Positions 45,403 through 54,224 of a stretch of DNA of 64,000 nt are shown in pieces (positions within the stretch are counted from its first letter, which is position 1; every line of letters begins with the position of its first letter). The notes under the pieces are model-generated. The model worked only from the letters and a program-made list of their open reading frames with translations. It had not been told where the DNA came from and did not search any database. Position numbers and translations under genes: made by a program. Source of the DNA: an uncultured bacterium (GTDB lineage Bacteria > Patescibacteriota > Minisyncoccia > Phycocordibacterales > PALSA-1337); assembly GCA_963851055.1 (NCBI GenBank), contig CAWKMY010000006.1:14663-78662 (forward strand), given 5' to 3'.

Positions 45403-46045
45403 CGAATATATAAAAGTAAATATTCACATCGCCACCCCAGTAAACAATTGAAACACCCACGGAATTATCGGCGCCACTACTTGCCAGAGAAAAAAAATGA
45501 CAATTAGAGCAAAAATCGGTGAATTCCTTTCCATCGTCATTCTTACTCGGCCATATTGATTGGGTAAAACGAAAAGAGCAATTTGGAACCATCAAGCGGC
45601 GGCAGATGGAATGAAATTAAAGACAGCTAAGATAATATTGATAATAACTATATAAGAAATGATCGTAATAAAAGGCGCCAACGAAGTGGCAGAAGCAGCA
45701 TCAGTTATTCCGCCAGCGACAAAGCGCAAATAGTCCCAAAAACCAAAGCAATCAGAAGATTCGAAGCTGGCCCAGCAGCCGCGATGAGGAATTCACCTTG
45801 GCGTTTATTCTTGAGATTATATGGATTGTAAGGAACAGGCTTGGCCCAACCAAACGTGGAGCCTGAGTAAGCGAGGTGATAAGAGGCACTATTATAGAAC
45901 CGAGCGGATCTATATGTTTGAGCGGATTCAAAGTCAGCCTGCCAGCCAATCGCGCCGTAGGATCACCCAGCGGTCAGCCATATAGCCATGGGAAAGCTCG
46001 TGAAGGATGACGGATATTATGAGAATGACTATAGATAATATAGTA
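45400..46045 (-). pseudogene. Site-2 protease / peptidase M50 family gene disrupted by multiple frameshifts
   Basis: Minus-strand reading gives MLTILSIVILIISVILHELSHGYMADRWV (HExxH) then stop. After shifts come ...[16 protein letters not shown]... and [35 protein letters not shown]. Confidence 0.5.
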
Positions 46046-46099
46046 AGCATGATTGTTGACCTCCAAACCAATCAATGATAGCATACGATTCTCACTCTT

Positions 46100-46345
46100 A
46101 TGGCAAAAGTATGCGACATAACAAAGGTAGGCTCGGTCGTCGGCGGCCGCTACTCCAATAGGACTCGCGCAACGCAGTTCAATCCCTGCGGCAATATTCG
46201 TCGTTACCCAAATCTCCAGAAGAAAAAGATCTATGTGCCAGAACTGAAGAAGTCATTCTCCTTGACCGTCTCCGCTCGCGGCCTCCGCACCATCCAGAAG
46301 AAAGGACCATTCCGAGCTCTCAAGGATGCGGGGATAATAAAATAA
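46100..46345 (+). CDS. rpmB: 50S ribosomal protein L28
   Basis: MAKVCDITKVGSVVGGRYSNRTRATQFNPCGNIRR pattern of L28. Confidence 0.75.
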   Translation: MAKVCDITKVGSVVGGRYSNRTRATQFNPCGNIRRYPNLQKKKIYVPELKKSFSLTVSARGLRTIQKKGPFRALKDAGIIK

Positions 46346-46466
46346 GTTTGGTTTGACTTTAATCATAAAACTGCTTACACTTATAGCAGTTAACTCTGAC
46401 GCCAGGAAATCGGCTTAGCTGGATATCTCCCGAATAAATGAGGGAGTAGCAAATGAGGGGATACCA

Positions 46467-46934
46467 TTATGGTGCCGTCCCTCCAGAGATATCATACATT
46501 TTCTCATAGGTTCTCGGATCTATGATAAATGCGGAAACGACCTGATTCTCTGAACCAGGCGTTTTTGTTATCTCAAGAACTACTCCATAATTTCTACTAA
46601 TTTTCCGTGTTAGGATAAAACTATTATCTCGTTTTAGAAAATTGTTGACTATCTTTTCGGGCATATTTAGAACCACTGGAATTATACTTATAACTTCATC
46701 GGCCTTATTTCCTCTACTGTCGATGATATGCTTGAGAGCTCTTCTGGAAATATATACCCCACGGGATTTAGACCCGATAACTTGTGCCGTGCAGTATGAG
46801 ATGAATGCCACACTAAATATTCGGAGTGGATCGGGAATGGCCTCACCAACACTGATGTTCTTAAGCTCCTCAATTATTTCATCCGGTATACTCATGTATT
46901 TATGTTCATTGAGAAATACCGATGTCAATTCCAT
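46467..46934 (-). CDS. Hypothetical protein, paralogue A of a two-member family with RR(A/T)LKH motif
   Basis: Aligns with ORF 48733..49176: YISRRALKHIIDSRG...IIPVVLNMPEKIV...VVLEI vs FFTRRTLKHLAEKG...IIPNILEYPDVIF...IIVIEF. Confidence 0.4.
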   Translation of the reverse strand: MELTSVFLNEHKYMSIPDEIIEELKNISVGEAIPDPLRIFSVAFISYCTAQVIGSKSRGVYISRRALKHIIDSRGNKADEVISIIPVVLNMPEKIVNNFLKRDNSFILTRKISRNYGVVLEITKTPGSENQVVSAFIIDPRTYEKMYDISGGTAP

Positions 46935-47838
46935 CTGACTCTATTTTCACAGTCCCTTTCTCTTTTACATTGAAACGTTTGTCGTCGAGTATGAAATAAA
47001 GTGGATCAACTTTTTTGGCCACAGACTTTTTGGTCCCGCTAGTTATAGATTGCGAATAAACCAAATATTCAGGACGCATTTTATTCATTAGCTCAGCTGA
47101 TAAAGAGCCGGCCAATGCGCTATTCGGCATAACCAAAACATTTGCGCGCAATGAATTTGAACCAAATTGATCAGATGAAGATGCCGCCGAAACCAAAAAC
47201 TTTTGCACTTTGGTCGTTGCATTTCCGAGTAACATAACTGAAGTCTGGCCGTATGAAATTTTCATTATAATCTCCGGCGCGCTTGCATTTGAATACGCAA
47301 ATAAAGATGGCGGTGCTGGAAAAAGAACACCCGCTTTTACCGGCTCTCCCCCGATTCTCTGTCCAAAATCGAGCACATCCCCAGCCGAAACCTCCTCCAT
47401 AGGCACCTTTAATTGCTTAACCGTATCGAGAAAAGTCTGATATATCTGACCTGTCGAACTAGCTAGACCCAAAGCCTGTAATGAAACGCCCGGCACAACG
47501 ACTTTATCGACAGAGTATCGTTCCAAAACATCGATAAGCCCCGAGACATCCTTGTCGTCAGCGTCAGTGGCAATAACTACGTCGATCCGACGCGAATAGA
47601 AAGGCAGAATGTCCGTCAATTCACGGATGACTTCGGAATTCGCTCCGCCATTTATCAAAATCCTTTTATCATCGGGTGTGCGGACGAAGACTGATGAACC
47701 GCTTTTCAGGTTGAAGACGTATACCTCAAGGATGGGCAGACGATGTTCTTCTCGCCACGCATAACCGGCAATGCCGCAGGCTAGAGTCGCGGCTGTGGCA
47801 CCGATCAAGAACGGTTTGGACATGATTTTGACTGTCAT
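46906..47838 (-). CDS. Membrane-anchored MBL-fold protein resembling the ComEC C-terminal metallo-beta-lactamase domain
   Basis: Start at MTVKIMSK; the listed ORF start at 47877 lies inside the repeat. TM anchor, then LEVYVFNLKSGSSVFVRTPDDKRILINGG typical of the ComEC MBL domain. Confidence 0.5.
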   Translation of the reverse strand: MTVKIMSKPFLIGATAATLACGIAGYAWREEHRLPILEVYVFNLKSGSSVFVRTPDDKRILINGGANSEVIRELTDILPFYSRRIDVVIATDADDKDVSGLIDVLERYSVDKVVVPGVSLQALGLASSTGQIYQTFLDTVKQLKVPMEEVSAGDVLDFGQRIGGEPVKAGVLFPAPPSLFAYSNASAPEIIMKISYGQTSVMLLGNATTKVQKFLVSAASSSDQFGSNSLRANVLVMPNSALAGSLSAELMNKMRPEYLVYSQSITSGTKKSVAKKVDPLYFILDDKRFNVKEKGTVKIESDGIDIGISQ

Positions 47839-47860
47839 GCACCCCAGTCTACAGACCCGA

Positions 47861-47922
47861 GATAAAGAAACGCTCAAAAAGAAATCAAAAAACGCCTAAT
47901 TTTCGCTCAAAATTCGCCTAAG
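47861..47922 (-). repeat. 62-bp modular interspersed repeat, copy 3, 22 nt upstream of the MBL gene start
   Basis: rc reads cttaggcgaattttgagcgaaaattaggcgttttttgatttctttttgagcgtttctttatc; shares the extra tcgg(g)tctg tail with copy 1. Confidence 0.8.
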
Positions 47923-47997
47923 AAAGGCCAAAAATGTTAAAATTACTTGGTAAAATCTAAATACTGACACATTAATACCAATAACGAGAATTATTTT

Positions 47998-48582
47998 ATG
48001 AAAACATTTACCGCAAAATCTTTTAATATTCCGGTTCTAAAGGGCATTTCGGCGAAGACCATAGCTGAACACATAAAGCTGTACGAAGGATACGTCAAGC
48101 ATTTGAATCTCGTACATGAGATCGTGGAAAACCAGGATAATCCTGAATACGCACGTAGAGAAACATACCGCAGACAAGCATTTGAATTCGACGGCATGCG
48201 TAACCATGAATATTACTTTGGAAGCCTTGAAGGTGGTCCGCATGAGATTTCCAAAGATTCAGCCCTATACAAGAAAATAATCGAGTGGACCGGCTCTTTC
48301 GAACTATTCATGAAAATATTTAGCAACCTCGCTACTACAAGAGGTGTTGGATGGGCAATGCTAGGCTACGATAAACAAGATGATACGTTGATCCAATATT
48401 GGGTTGACGAACAGCACCTAGGACATTTGGTAGGAGTCAGCCCAATAATTGCCCTCGACATGTGGGAACACTCGTATGTCGCCGACTATCAGCCGTCAGG
48501 CAAGAAGCAATATGTCGAAGACTTTTTCGCTAATCTAAATTGGGAAGTGGTGGAGGAGAATTTTAAGGCGGCGAGGAAGTAA
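47998..48582 (+). CDS. sodA: Fe/Mn superoxide dismutase family protein
   Basis: C-terminal LDMWEHSYVADYQ...NLNWEVVEENF matches the Fe/Mn-SOD D.WEHAYY signature; N-terminal region divergent. Confidence 0.75.
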   Translation: MKTFTAKSFNIPVLKGISAKTIAEHIKLYEGYVKHLNLVHEIVENQDNPEYARRETYRRQAFEFDGMRNHEYYFGSLEGGPHEISKDSALYKKIIEWTGSFELFMKIFSNLATTRGVGWAMLGYDKQDDTLIQYWVDEQHLGHLVGVSPIIALDMWEHSYVADYQPSGKKQYVEDFFANLNWEVVEENFKAARK

Positions 48583-48732
48583 AGACTACTACTCATTGAC
48601 ATCACCCCTTTATTTGTCCTACACTTATGCCAGTGAAATACCTTGAGAGTTTCGAGATTCTCTAAGAGCGGAAAATTCGGGTCGGCCGCCAGCGTTCGCT
48701 TTACCGCGAATATGCAGTATGGAGGGATCGCC

Positions 48733-49176
48733 TCACGAAAGTGAGCCGCCCGTCCTCCAGAGAATCTCAAAGTTCTTGAGGTATTTTTCGTCCGTGACAA
48801 AAGATGTGACCAGAATCACGCCTCTCTCAAGAAATTCAATTACGATTATATGCGGCTCTCTTTTCTTGCCCTGATTGAAAAATTTTGCAGAAAGTAACCG
48901 AGTCTTCTTTCCCCGGAAAATAACATCTGGATATTCGAGGATATTTGGAATAATTCCGAGCAATCTTTTACCCTCTACTCCCTTTTCGGCAAGATGTTTT
49001 AGTGTACGTCGAGTAAAAAATGCCTGTAACTTTCCTCTAGAAAAAATCTGCATAATTACAGGGTGTACAGAAAAACCAGTCTGGATTAATTCATCAGGCC
49101 TATCAATCAAAATCCCTTTCGGAATTTTTTGGAATTCGTAAAAAATTGACCGTAAAGGTGTGGTGTGCTTATTCAT
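48733..49176 (-). CDS. Hypothetical protein, paralogue B (RRTLKH motif)
   Basis: See paralogue A; overlaps stop of comEC N-terminal gene by 4 nt. Confidence 0.4.
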   Translation of the reverse strand: MNKHTTPLRSIFYEFQKIPKGILIDRPDELIQTGFSVHPVIMQIFSRGKLQAFFTRRTLKHLAEKGVEGKRLLGIIPNILEYPDVIFRGKKTRLLSAKFFNQGKKREPHIIVIEFLERGVILVTSFVTDEKYLKNFEILWRTGGSLS

Positions 49177-50540
49177 ATCATTTTTTCAAGATTCTTTGGC
49201 CGACTTCTCCTCCTCTTCACCAGCATAAACCCGACGAGAAATACCCCATAAAACCCCACCACCCACCAGCCGGAAAATTGCGGCAGGTAGACGGCGGCGA
49301 ATGGCAATCTGGCGAAATGCTCGACTATAAAGAGCTCGTAGGCCAGAAGTAGATGCGCTCCCCAGCCGAATATGTGCGAGACCGGCGACGAAATGAAACC
49401 TGAGGCACCCGTTAGGAAGACGGCCAACATCGTCAGCGGAATAAAAGGCAAAACCAAAATATTCACTACTACGCCGACTATAGAAAGCTGGCCCATCATA
49501 TATAGGATGAATGGCGAGACGAATATCTGGGTCGAGGTCGTGGCAGCAACTATGCCGCGCATGCCGAATGTCTCCGGTATGAAGGTTAGGCGCTTTTCGA
49601 TAGGGCTGGCTAGAAGGATCAACCCGAGTGTGGCCAAAAATGAAAGTTGAAATGATGGGTCATGCAGGAGAATCATCGGATTTTCTATGAGCATCAGACA
49701 TGCGGCGAAAGACAGGGCACGGACGACATTGTAGTCACGACGGGTAAGGTCGGCAGACAGGGCAACTCCCGCCATGAAGCACGAGCGCACAACCGTCGCT
49801 CCTCCGCCGACCAAAATGCCGAAAAGAGCGATACCTATTCCGCCGACCACTATTCCCCAAACTCGAGGAAGCCTCGATAGCAATTTACGTAATGCATAGG
49901 CTACGATGGTTATATTGAAACCGGACAAAACGACTATATGTATAAGACCGACGATACGAAAATCATTGAGTAAATCTTTACCCAGAGCCGCTTTCTCCCC
50001 TACCACCAGCCCTGCCGCCAATGCAGAGTGGGGCTCGCCTAGAGAGCTATTCAGGTTATTGACAAAGCCGCGTTTGAGCTTGAGCAAGAGCGAAGTTATC
50101 GACCATCCATTATCAGGATTGGTCAAGACGACCGCCGAGCTTTTCATTTCATAGAAAATATCGTCCTTGGCTAGATAATCTCTGTAATCGAAAGACCTGC
50201 CCGTATCGCTTTGAAAATTAAATGGTGCAGACAATTTTCCCGTAAATGAAACCGTGTCTCCATAATGGAATCGGGGATACAATTTAGTTTTCATTTGGAT
50301 TAGAAGGCCGTCCGGGCATTTATTTTCGCCAGCTGACAATCGACTGGTCGAAACAACCAGAACCTGACCCGTATTAGTGAATGACGGATCTTCGGTGATC
50401 GTCCCAACTCCTTCTATCTGTTGTTTGAGACATGGACCAATGTCTGGCGACACTATGAAAAATGATTGGCCGACGCGAAAAATCGCGGCCGTTATGAATA
50501 TGCTCCAGAAAATGAAAACCCCCCTGTTCATGGAGAGCAT
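49173..50540 (-). CDS. comEC: ComEC/Rec2-like competence membrane channel, N-terminal (DUF4131 + competence) portion only
   Basis: 455 aa polytopic membrane protein with typical ComEC channel region; lacks C-terminal MBL domain, which is encoded separately at 46906..47838. Confidence 0.65.
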   Translation of the reverse strand: MLSMNRGVFIFWSIFITAAIFRVGQSFFIVSPDIGPCLKQQIEGVGTITEDPSFTNTGQVLVVSTSRLSAGENKCPDGLLIQMKTKLYPRFHYGDTVSFTGKLSAPFNFQSDTGRSFDYRDYLAKDDIFYEMKSSAVVLTNPDNGWSITSLLLKLKRGFVNNLNSSLGEPHSALAAGLVVGEKAALGKDLLNDFRIVGLIHIVVLSGFNITIVAYALRKLLSRLPRVWGIVVGGIGIALFGILVGGGATVVRSCFMAGVALSADLTRRDYNVVRALSFAACLMLIENPMILLHDPSFQLSFLATLGLILLASPIEKRLTFIPETFGMRGIVAATTSTQIFVSPFILYMMGQLSIVGVVVNILVLPFIPLTMLAVFLTGASGFISSPVSHIFGWGAHLLLAYELFIVEHFARLPFAAVYLPQFSGWWVVGFYGVFLVGFMLVKRRRSRPKNLEKMI

Positions 50541-50554
50541 TTTACTGGGACAGC

Positions 50555-50616
50555 GATAAAGAAACGCTCAAAAAGTAATCAAAAAACGCCTAATTTTCGC
50601 TCAAAATTCGCCTAAG
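50555..50616 (-). repeat. 62-bp modular interspersed repeat, copy 4, 14 nt upstream of comEC start
   Basis: rc reads cttaggcgaattttgagcgaaaattaggcgttttttgattactttttgagcgtttctttatc. Confidence 0.8.
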
Positions 50617-50638
50617 AAACTCAAGGTTAAACCTTGAG
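50612..50638 (-). terminator. Intrinsic terminator after rnhA (palindrome ctcaagg..ccttgag then tttctt on minus strand)
   Basis: Perfect 7-bp stem 50620-50626/50632-50638 immediately after rnhA stop. Confidence 0.45.
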
Positions 50639-50641
50639 GCG

Positions 50642-51397
50642 CTAAAAAGCTCCGAATTCGTCTACTATTTCCTGCTCATTCTCGATGCTTATCGATTTTT
50701 TGTATTTTGCGCCTTTTGTGCCTTTTACCCGCTTCTCACATTCGGCCCATGAATGATGGGTTTCGATAATTCCGCCAACCATGCTCACATAAGAATATGC
50801 TTTGGCATTCGAGTGCGAGGAACTAGACTTCTTTTTGGCCGCACTCATCTCATCATGTGAAATATCCAGAATATCCGGCAAGTCATAAGCACCAAGCGGA
50901 CCTTTATAAAGATTTATTTTTCTTCCATCAGCGAAAGCTGTGGCTATATGGTCGCAACGCTCATTGCCGAGAATACCTACGTGACCACCGATGTATTTCC
51001 ACTCGATCTTGCCGCCTGACAATTCTATGAGACCGGCGGCCTCGTCGAGCCTCTCCCAAAGATCGGCATTCAAGACGTCTTTTTTAGCCTTTGTTTTCCA
51101 GCCATTCTTCTTCCAAGCATGGATCCACTTGGTGATCCCATTTATGACGTAGCGGGAATCCGTGTGGACAATGATCCCTCCACCAACATTGGAATGCAAA
51201 TGATCGATGGCTTTTAAACCTTCTAAAGCGGCTTTAAGCTCCATACGATTATTCGTAGTCTCTCTTTCTCCGCCGCCGAGTTCGATAACTTCTGTTTTTA
51301 TTCCTGGTACAACAATGACCGCGCCCCAACCTCCCGGGCCTGGGTTATTGCGGGATGAGCCGTCGGTGAAAATGGTGATTTTGGAATTATCTTTCAT
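50642..51397 (-). CDS. rnhA: Ribonuclease HI with C-terminal extension
   Basis: ITIFTDGSSRNNPGPGGWGAV ... HTDSRYVINGITKWIHAWKKNGW RNase H fold motifs. Confidence 0.8.
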   Translation of the reverse strand: MKDNSKITIFTDGSSRNNPGPGGWGAVIVVPGIKTEVIELGGGERETTNNRMELKAALEGLKAIDHLHSNVGGGIIVHTDSRYVINGITKWIHAWKKNGWKTKAKKDVLNADLWERLDEAAGLIELSGGKIEWKYIGGHVGILGNERCDHIATAFADGRKINLYKGPLGAYDLPDILDISHDEMSAAKKKSSSSHSNAKAYSYVSMVGGIIETHHSWAECEKRVKGTKGAKYKKSISIENEQEIVDEFGAF

Positions 51398-51417
51398 TGG
51401 GTTTTTATTTTAGCGTC

Positions 51418-53169
51418 TTAAGATATTACCACATCCACCACTCGGAGTCGCAATTCCGCCCTTCCGCGGAACATAGATTTTTCAATAGAAGCGATCAGAT
51501 CTAATGGCTTATTCGCCTCGACCTTTTTGGCCCATTCATTCTCGACACCGAAGAATGAGATGGCCGGAATTTTAACACCGTTTGATTTTTTGAAAGTTAA
51601 TTCTATGTGTTCGCCCCCCTTCCCAAATAGCTTGACCAGGATCGGGGAGACTTTCCTGAAAAGGAATACCGGCTTTGGATTGCCGAAGCCGAATGGTGCA
51701 AGTTGGCCGATATCTTTTTGTAAATTCCAATCGACATCATCCATCGACAGTTCGGCATCTATGAAATCTTCATCGGCCTGTGGAACATTCTTCAAATTTC
51801 CTGCTGCGGTGTTCAAATGTCCTTCCAAAAAATGTACTGACTCGCTGGCCACTGCAAACCCACCAGAATATCTATGGCCGCCGAACTGGGTGAGCACGCC
51901 TGCTGGAACGGCGCGCATTAACTCTACGACATTAGATAAGCCTTCGGACCTACACGAGCCCTTGAGAAGATTATCTCCATCGCGGCCCCATAGGAAAACT
52001 GGGCGACTGAATTCACCTGCACAAGTATTGGCCACTAGACCTAGAAGAGATGGTCGCCATTCCGGATTGCCGAGCACAATTACCGACGGAAATGTGGCGA
52101 CATCGTGGCCATGGCGACCATGCAGAGTCTTTTTCACTTCTTTGACCAATGAAGCGACGACTCCTTTGCGCTCATTGTTGATACTATCTAGATGATCGGC
52201 AAATTTGCACGCGTCTTCATCAGTTGTCGCCGCCAAAAGGCTGAAGGCGTCCATGGGCAGACCCATCCTCGAAGCGGCATTGATGCGCGGCGTGACCATA
52301 AAGGCGATATCGTCCTCTGTTAAATGTTGCTTGGCGATCTTTAATTTCTCAAGGAGCCTGACCAGGCCTTTGCGCTGGCTTTTGCGCAAGACTTCCATGC
52401 CGTAATATGCAAAGACTCGATTTTCGCCGATGAGCGGAACCATATCAGACAGTGTGGCTATGCCGACCATGTCCAGTAACCATTTCTCATGGCCTTCCTT
52501 GAATTCATTTTCACCTTTGAATATTGAAGTGTCTTTTGTCTCTTTAATTTTCTTCAAAATTGCTTGGATCAATTTGAAAGCTACACCCGAGCCGCAGATA
52601 TTTTTGTCAGGATAATGACAATCGGCCTGTTTGTGGTCGACAATAGCGAATGCCGGCGGCAATTTTGCCGGCGGCTCATGGTGATCGGTTATGATAACGT
52701 CCATTTTCAATTCATTGGCGCGCTCAACCGGCTTTACATCCGATATGCCACAGTCGACAGTGACGATGAATTTTACTTTTTCGCTCGCCAATTGCTCGAT
52801 AGCATCAATGTTCAAGCCAAATCCTTCATCGTGACGATGTGGAATGTATACGGAAAAATTCTTGAAGCCGATCCTGCCGAAAAAATCATTCCATATAACC
52901 GCTCCTGGTATACCGTCAGCATCATAGTCGGAGTATATGGCGATGCGTTCATCTCTTTTAATGGCTTGGATGATTCTCTCCGCTGATTTTTCCGCGTCTT
53001 TCAATAAAAATGGATCGTGAGTGTCGCGGATATAGTCAGGTGAGAGGAATCTTTTAGCGGCCATCGCGTCTTTGAGCCCTCTATGATGCATGAGATGCGA
53101 AAGCGGTGACGAAAAGCCGGCAAGATTGGATTGCTCTTCATTTGAAAGAGGTTTACGGAGAGAATACAT
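51418..53169 (-). CDS. recJ: Single-stranded-DNA-specific exonuclease RecJ
   Basis: DHH family motifs (YSDYDADGIPGAVIW, ITDHHEPP), DHHA1 GGGH-like region, 583 aa. Confidence 0.85.
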   Translation of the reverse strand: MYSLRKPLSNEEQSNLAGFSSPLSHLMHHRGLKDAMAAKRFLSPDYIRDTHDPFLLKDAEKSAERIIQAIKRDERIAIYSDYDADGIPGAVIWNDFFGRIGFKNFSVYIPHRHDEGFGLNIDAIEQLASEKVKFIVTVDCGISDVKPVERANELKMDVIITDHHEPPAKLPPAFAIVDHKQADCHYPDKNICGSGVAFKLIQAILKKIKETKDTSIFKGENEFKEGHEKWLLDMVGIATLSDMVPLIGENRVFAYYGMEVLRKSQRKGLVRLLEKLKIAKQHLTEDDIAFMVTPRINAASRMGLPMDAFSLLAATTDEDACKFADHLDSINNERKGVVASLVKEVKKTLHGRHGHDVATFPSVIVLGNPEWRPSLLGLVANTCAGEFSRPVFLWGRDGDNLLKGSCRSEGLSNVVELMRAVPAGVLTQFGGHRYSGGFAVASESVHFLEGHLNTAAGNLKNVPQADEDFIDAELSMDDVDWNLQKDIGQLAPFGFGNPKPVFLFRKVSPILVKLFGKGGEHIELTFKKSNGVKIPAISFFGVENEWAKKVEANKPLDLIASIEKSMFRGRAELRLRVVDVVIS

Positions 53170-53284
53170 GTGAGGAAGTATAGCACGCGACCTCGATTGA
53201 CTTATGAAGTGATTTGTTGTATGGTCAATTTAAATAAATGTAAAAAGGTCGGCACAGGCCGATGTAATTTGAAAGGAGTTTGCT

Positions 53285-53761
53285 TTGAAAATAATTGACC
53301 CGAACACTTTGACCGTCAAACAACGAATCGCCCAAATCGAGGAACTGCTCGGCATATCTATTCCGGCTGGCTCAGAAACAAGGATTGCAGAGAAAAACGA
53401 CAAGATCGCCATAATACAGAGAGTTGTCTGCTTCGTCTGCGTGGTGAGCTTCGCGGATCTTGTGAGCCGAAAGAGAACGGATCCTGTGAAAAACACCAGG
53501 AAACTCGGTTTCCTTTTGTGCAAGGAATATGGAGCTGTTAGAAATCTCACTTATCTCGCCAAACGCTTCGGATGCGACAACCATGCGACAGTAATTCATG
53601 CGAATAATACCGCGAAGGATATGGTCGGCGATGGTCCTGGATCTGACCCAAACTTCCAAGAGCAATACCGGAAATGTAAAAATCTTTTGGGTGACAAACT
53701 CGACGAGGCCAGCCTTAGCGTCTTGAATGCTTGGTTGAAAACCGTCGAAAATCCGATCTAA
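53285..53761 (+). CDS. Stand-alone DnaA domain IV (DnaA C-terminal HTH) protein
   Basis: SRKRTDPVKNTRKLGFLLCKEYGAVRNLTYLAKRFGCDNHATVIHANNTAKDMV parallels the DnaA box-binding domain (R.ARQiAMYL...IG..FGgRDHTTVlHA..ki). Confidence 0.5.
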   Translation: MKIIDPNTLTVKQRIAQIEELLGISIPAGSETRIAEKNDKIAIIQRVVCFVCVVSFADLVSRKRTDPVKNTRKLGFLLCKEYGAVRNLTYLAKRFGCDNHATVIHANNTAKDMVGDGPGSDPNFQEQYRKCKNLLGDKLDEASLSVLNAWLKTVENPI

Positions 53762-53794
53762 CTGCCCCCCGCCTGAAAACCGGTCGGGGCATTT

Positions 53795-54211
53795 TTGTCG
53801 CCGCTGAATTTGAATGGACTATCCAATCAGATGTATAATGTCGGCATGAAAGACTGCATCTTCTGCAAGATAACCAAAAAAGAGATACCGGCACATATTA
53901 TCTATGAAGATGATGATTTTGTGGCATTCCTGGATATACATCCGCAATCACCAGGCCACGCGCAAGTCATTTCCAAGAATCATTATCGTTGGGTCTGGGA
54001 TGTGCCGCAGTTAGGAAAATATTTCGAGGTCGTGGGCAAGATCGCAAAAGCGCAACAAAAAGCTTTCAACAATGAATGGATTTTGAGTCGAATCATCGGC
54101 GACGAAGTGCCTCACGCGCATATATGGGTCTTCCCTAGCAATGAGACCAAAGGCGACAAAATGGATTTTGAGGGAAACAAGAAGAAAATCGTCGCGGCTT
54201 TGAAAGAATAA
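53795..54211 (+). CDS. HIT (histidine triad) family protein
   Basis: [41 protein letters not shown] and HAHIWVFP histidine triad; true start probably the internal MKDCIF. Confidence 0.7.
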   Translation: MSPLNLNGLSNQMYNVGMKDCIFCKITKKEIPAHIIYEDDDFVAFLDIHPQSPGHAQVISKNHYRWVWDVPQLGKYFEVVGKIAKAQQKAFNNEWILSRIIGDEVPHAHIWVFPSNETKGDKMDFEGNKKKIVAALKE

Positions 54212-54224
54212 CCGGTAACAACAG

